Source of the DNA: the human T2T-CHM13v2.0 reference genome, Homo sapiens
Assembly: GCF_009914755.1 (NCBI RefSeq)
Contig: NC_060929.1
DNA: 64,000 nt
Direction: 5' to 3' (one strand)
The position numbers were made by a program, and so were the translations under genes. Within the stretch, counting starts at the first letter, position 1. The number at the start of each line of letters is the position of its first letter. The notes below the pieces were generated by a model, which searched no databases, was not told where the DNA came from, and saw nothing but the letters and a program-made list of their open reading frames with translations. Shown in pieces: positions 63,901 to 64,000 of the stretch.

Positions 63901-63962
63901 CTGCATACACTTCTTGGCTGTGTGCGCTCAGCAGGACGTGGGAGGCTCCGGCTTCAAGGTCG
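63900..63962 (+). other. CKMT2: Probable non-coding first exon of CKMT2 (start approximate)
   Basis: Downstream of the GC box, no ATG, ends at donors AAG|gtcggt (after 63958) or TCG|gtgagt (after 63962). Confidence 0.6.
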
Positions 63963-64000
63963 GTGAGTCCGTGAAACTCTGCTTTATTCCTCCAAAGAGG

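Overview
Human genomic DNA (Alu-dense, with a human-specific AluYb8). It holds the last ten coding exons of RASGRF2 on the + strand (about 340 C-terminal aa, including the CDC25 Ras-GEF catalytic domain, stop at 56350-56352) and a ~4.4 kb 3'UTR. At the right edge is a muscle-type promoter and non-coding first exon that I attribute to CKMT2 from known gene order. Most of the remainder is intron with Alu, L1, L2, MIR, LTR and DNA-transposon relics, and almost all ORFs in the supplied track are spurious. I found no new multi-gene system. The best oddities are a 'tailless' U5 snRNA retrocopy with a perfect target-site duplication (TSD), a tailless internal L1 fragment with a 19-bp TSD, an Alu pair whose TSD copies are inverted, a 50x9-bp CACCTG minisatellite grown inside an L2, and an intronic CpG-rich CTCF/YY1-like element. 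Repeat family names are from recognition by eye and repeat boundaries are approximate unless a TSD is given.
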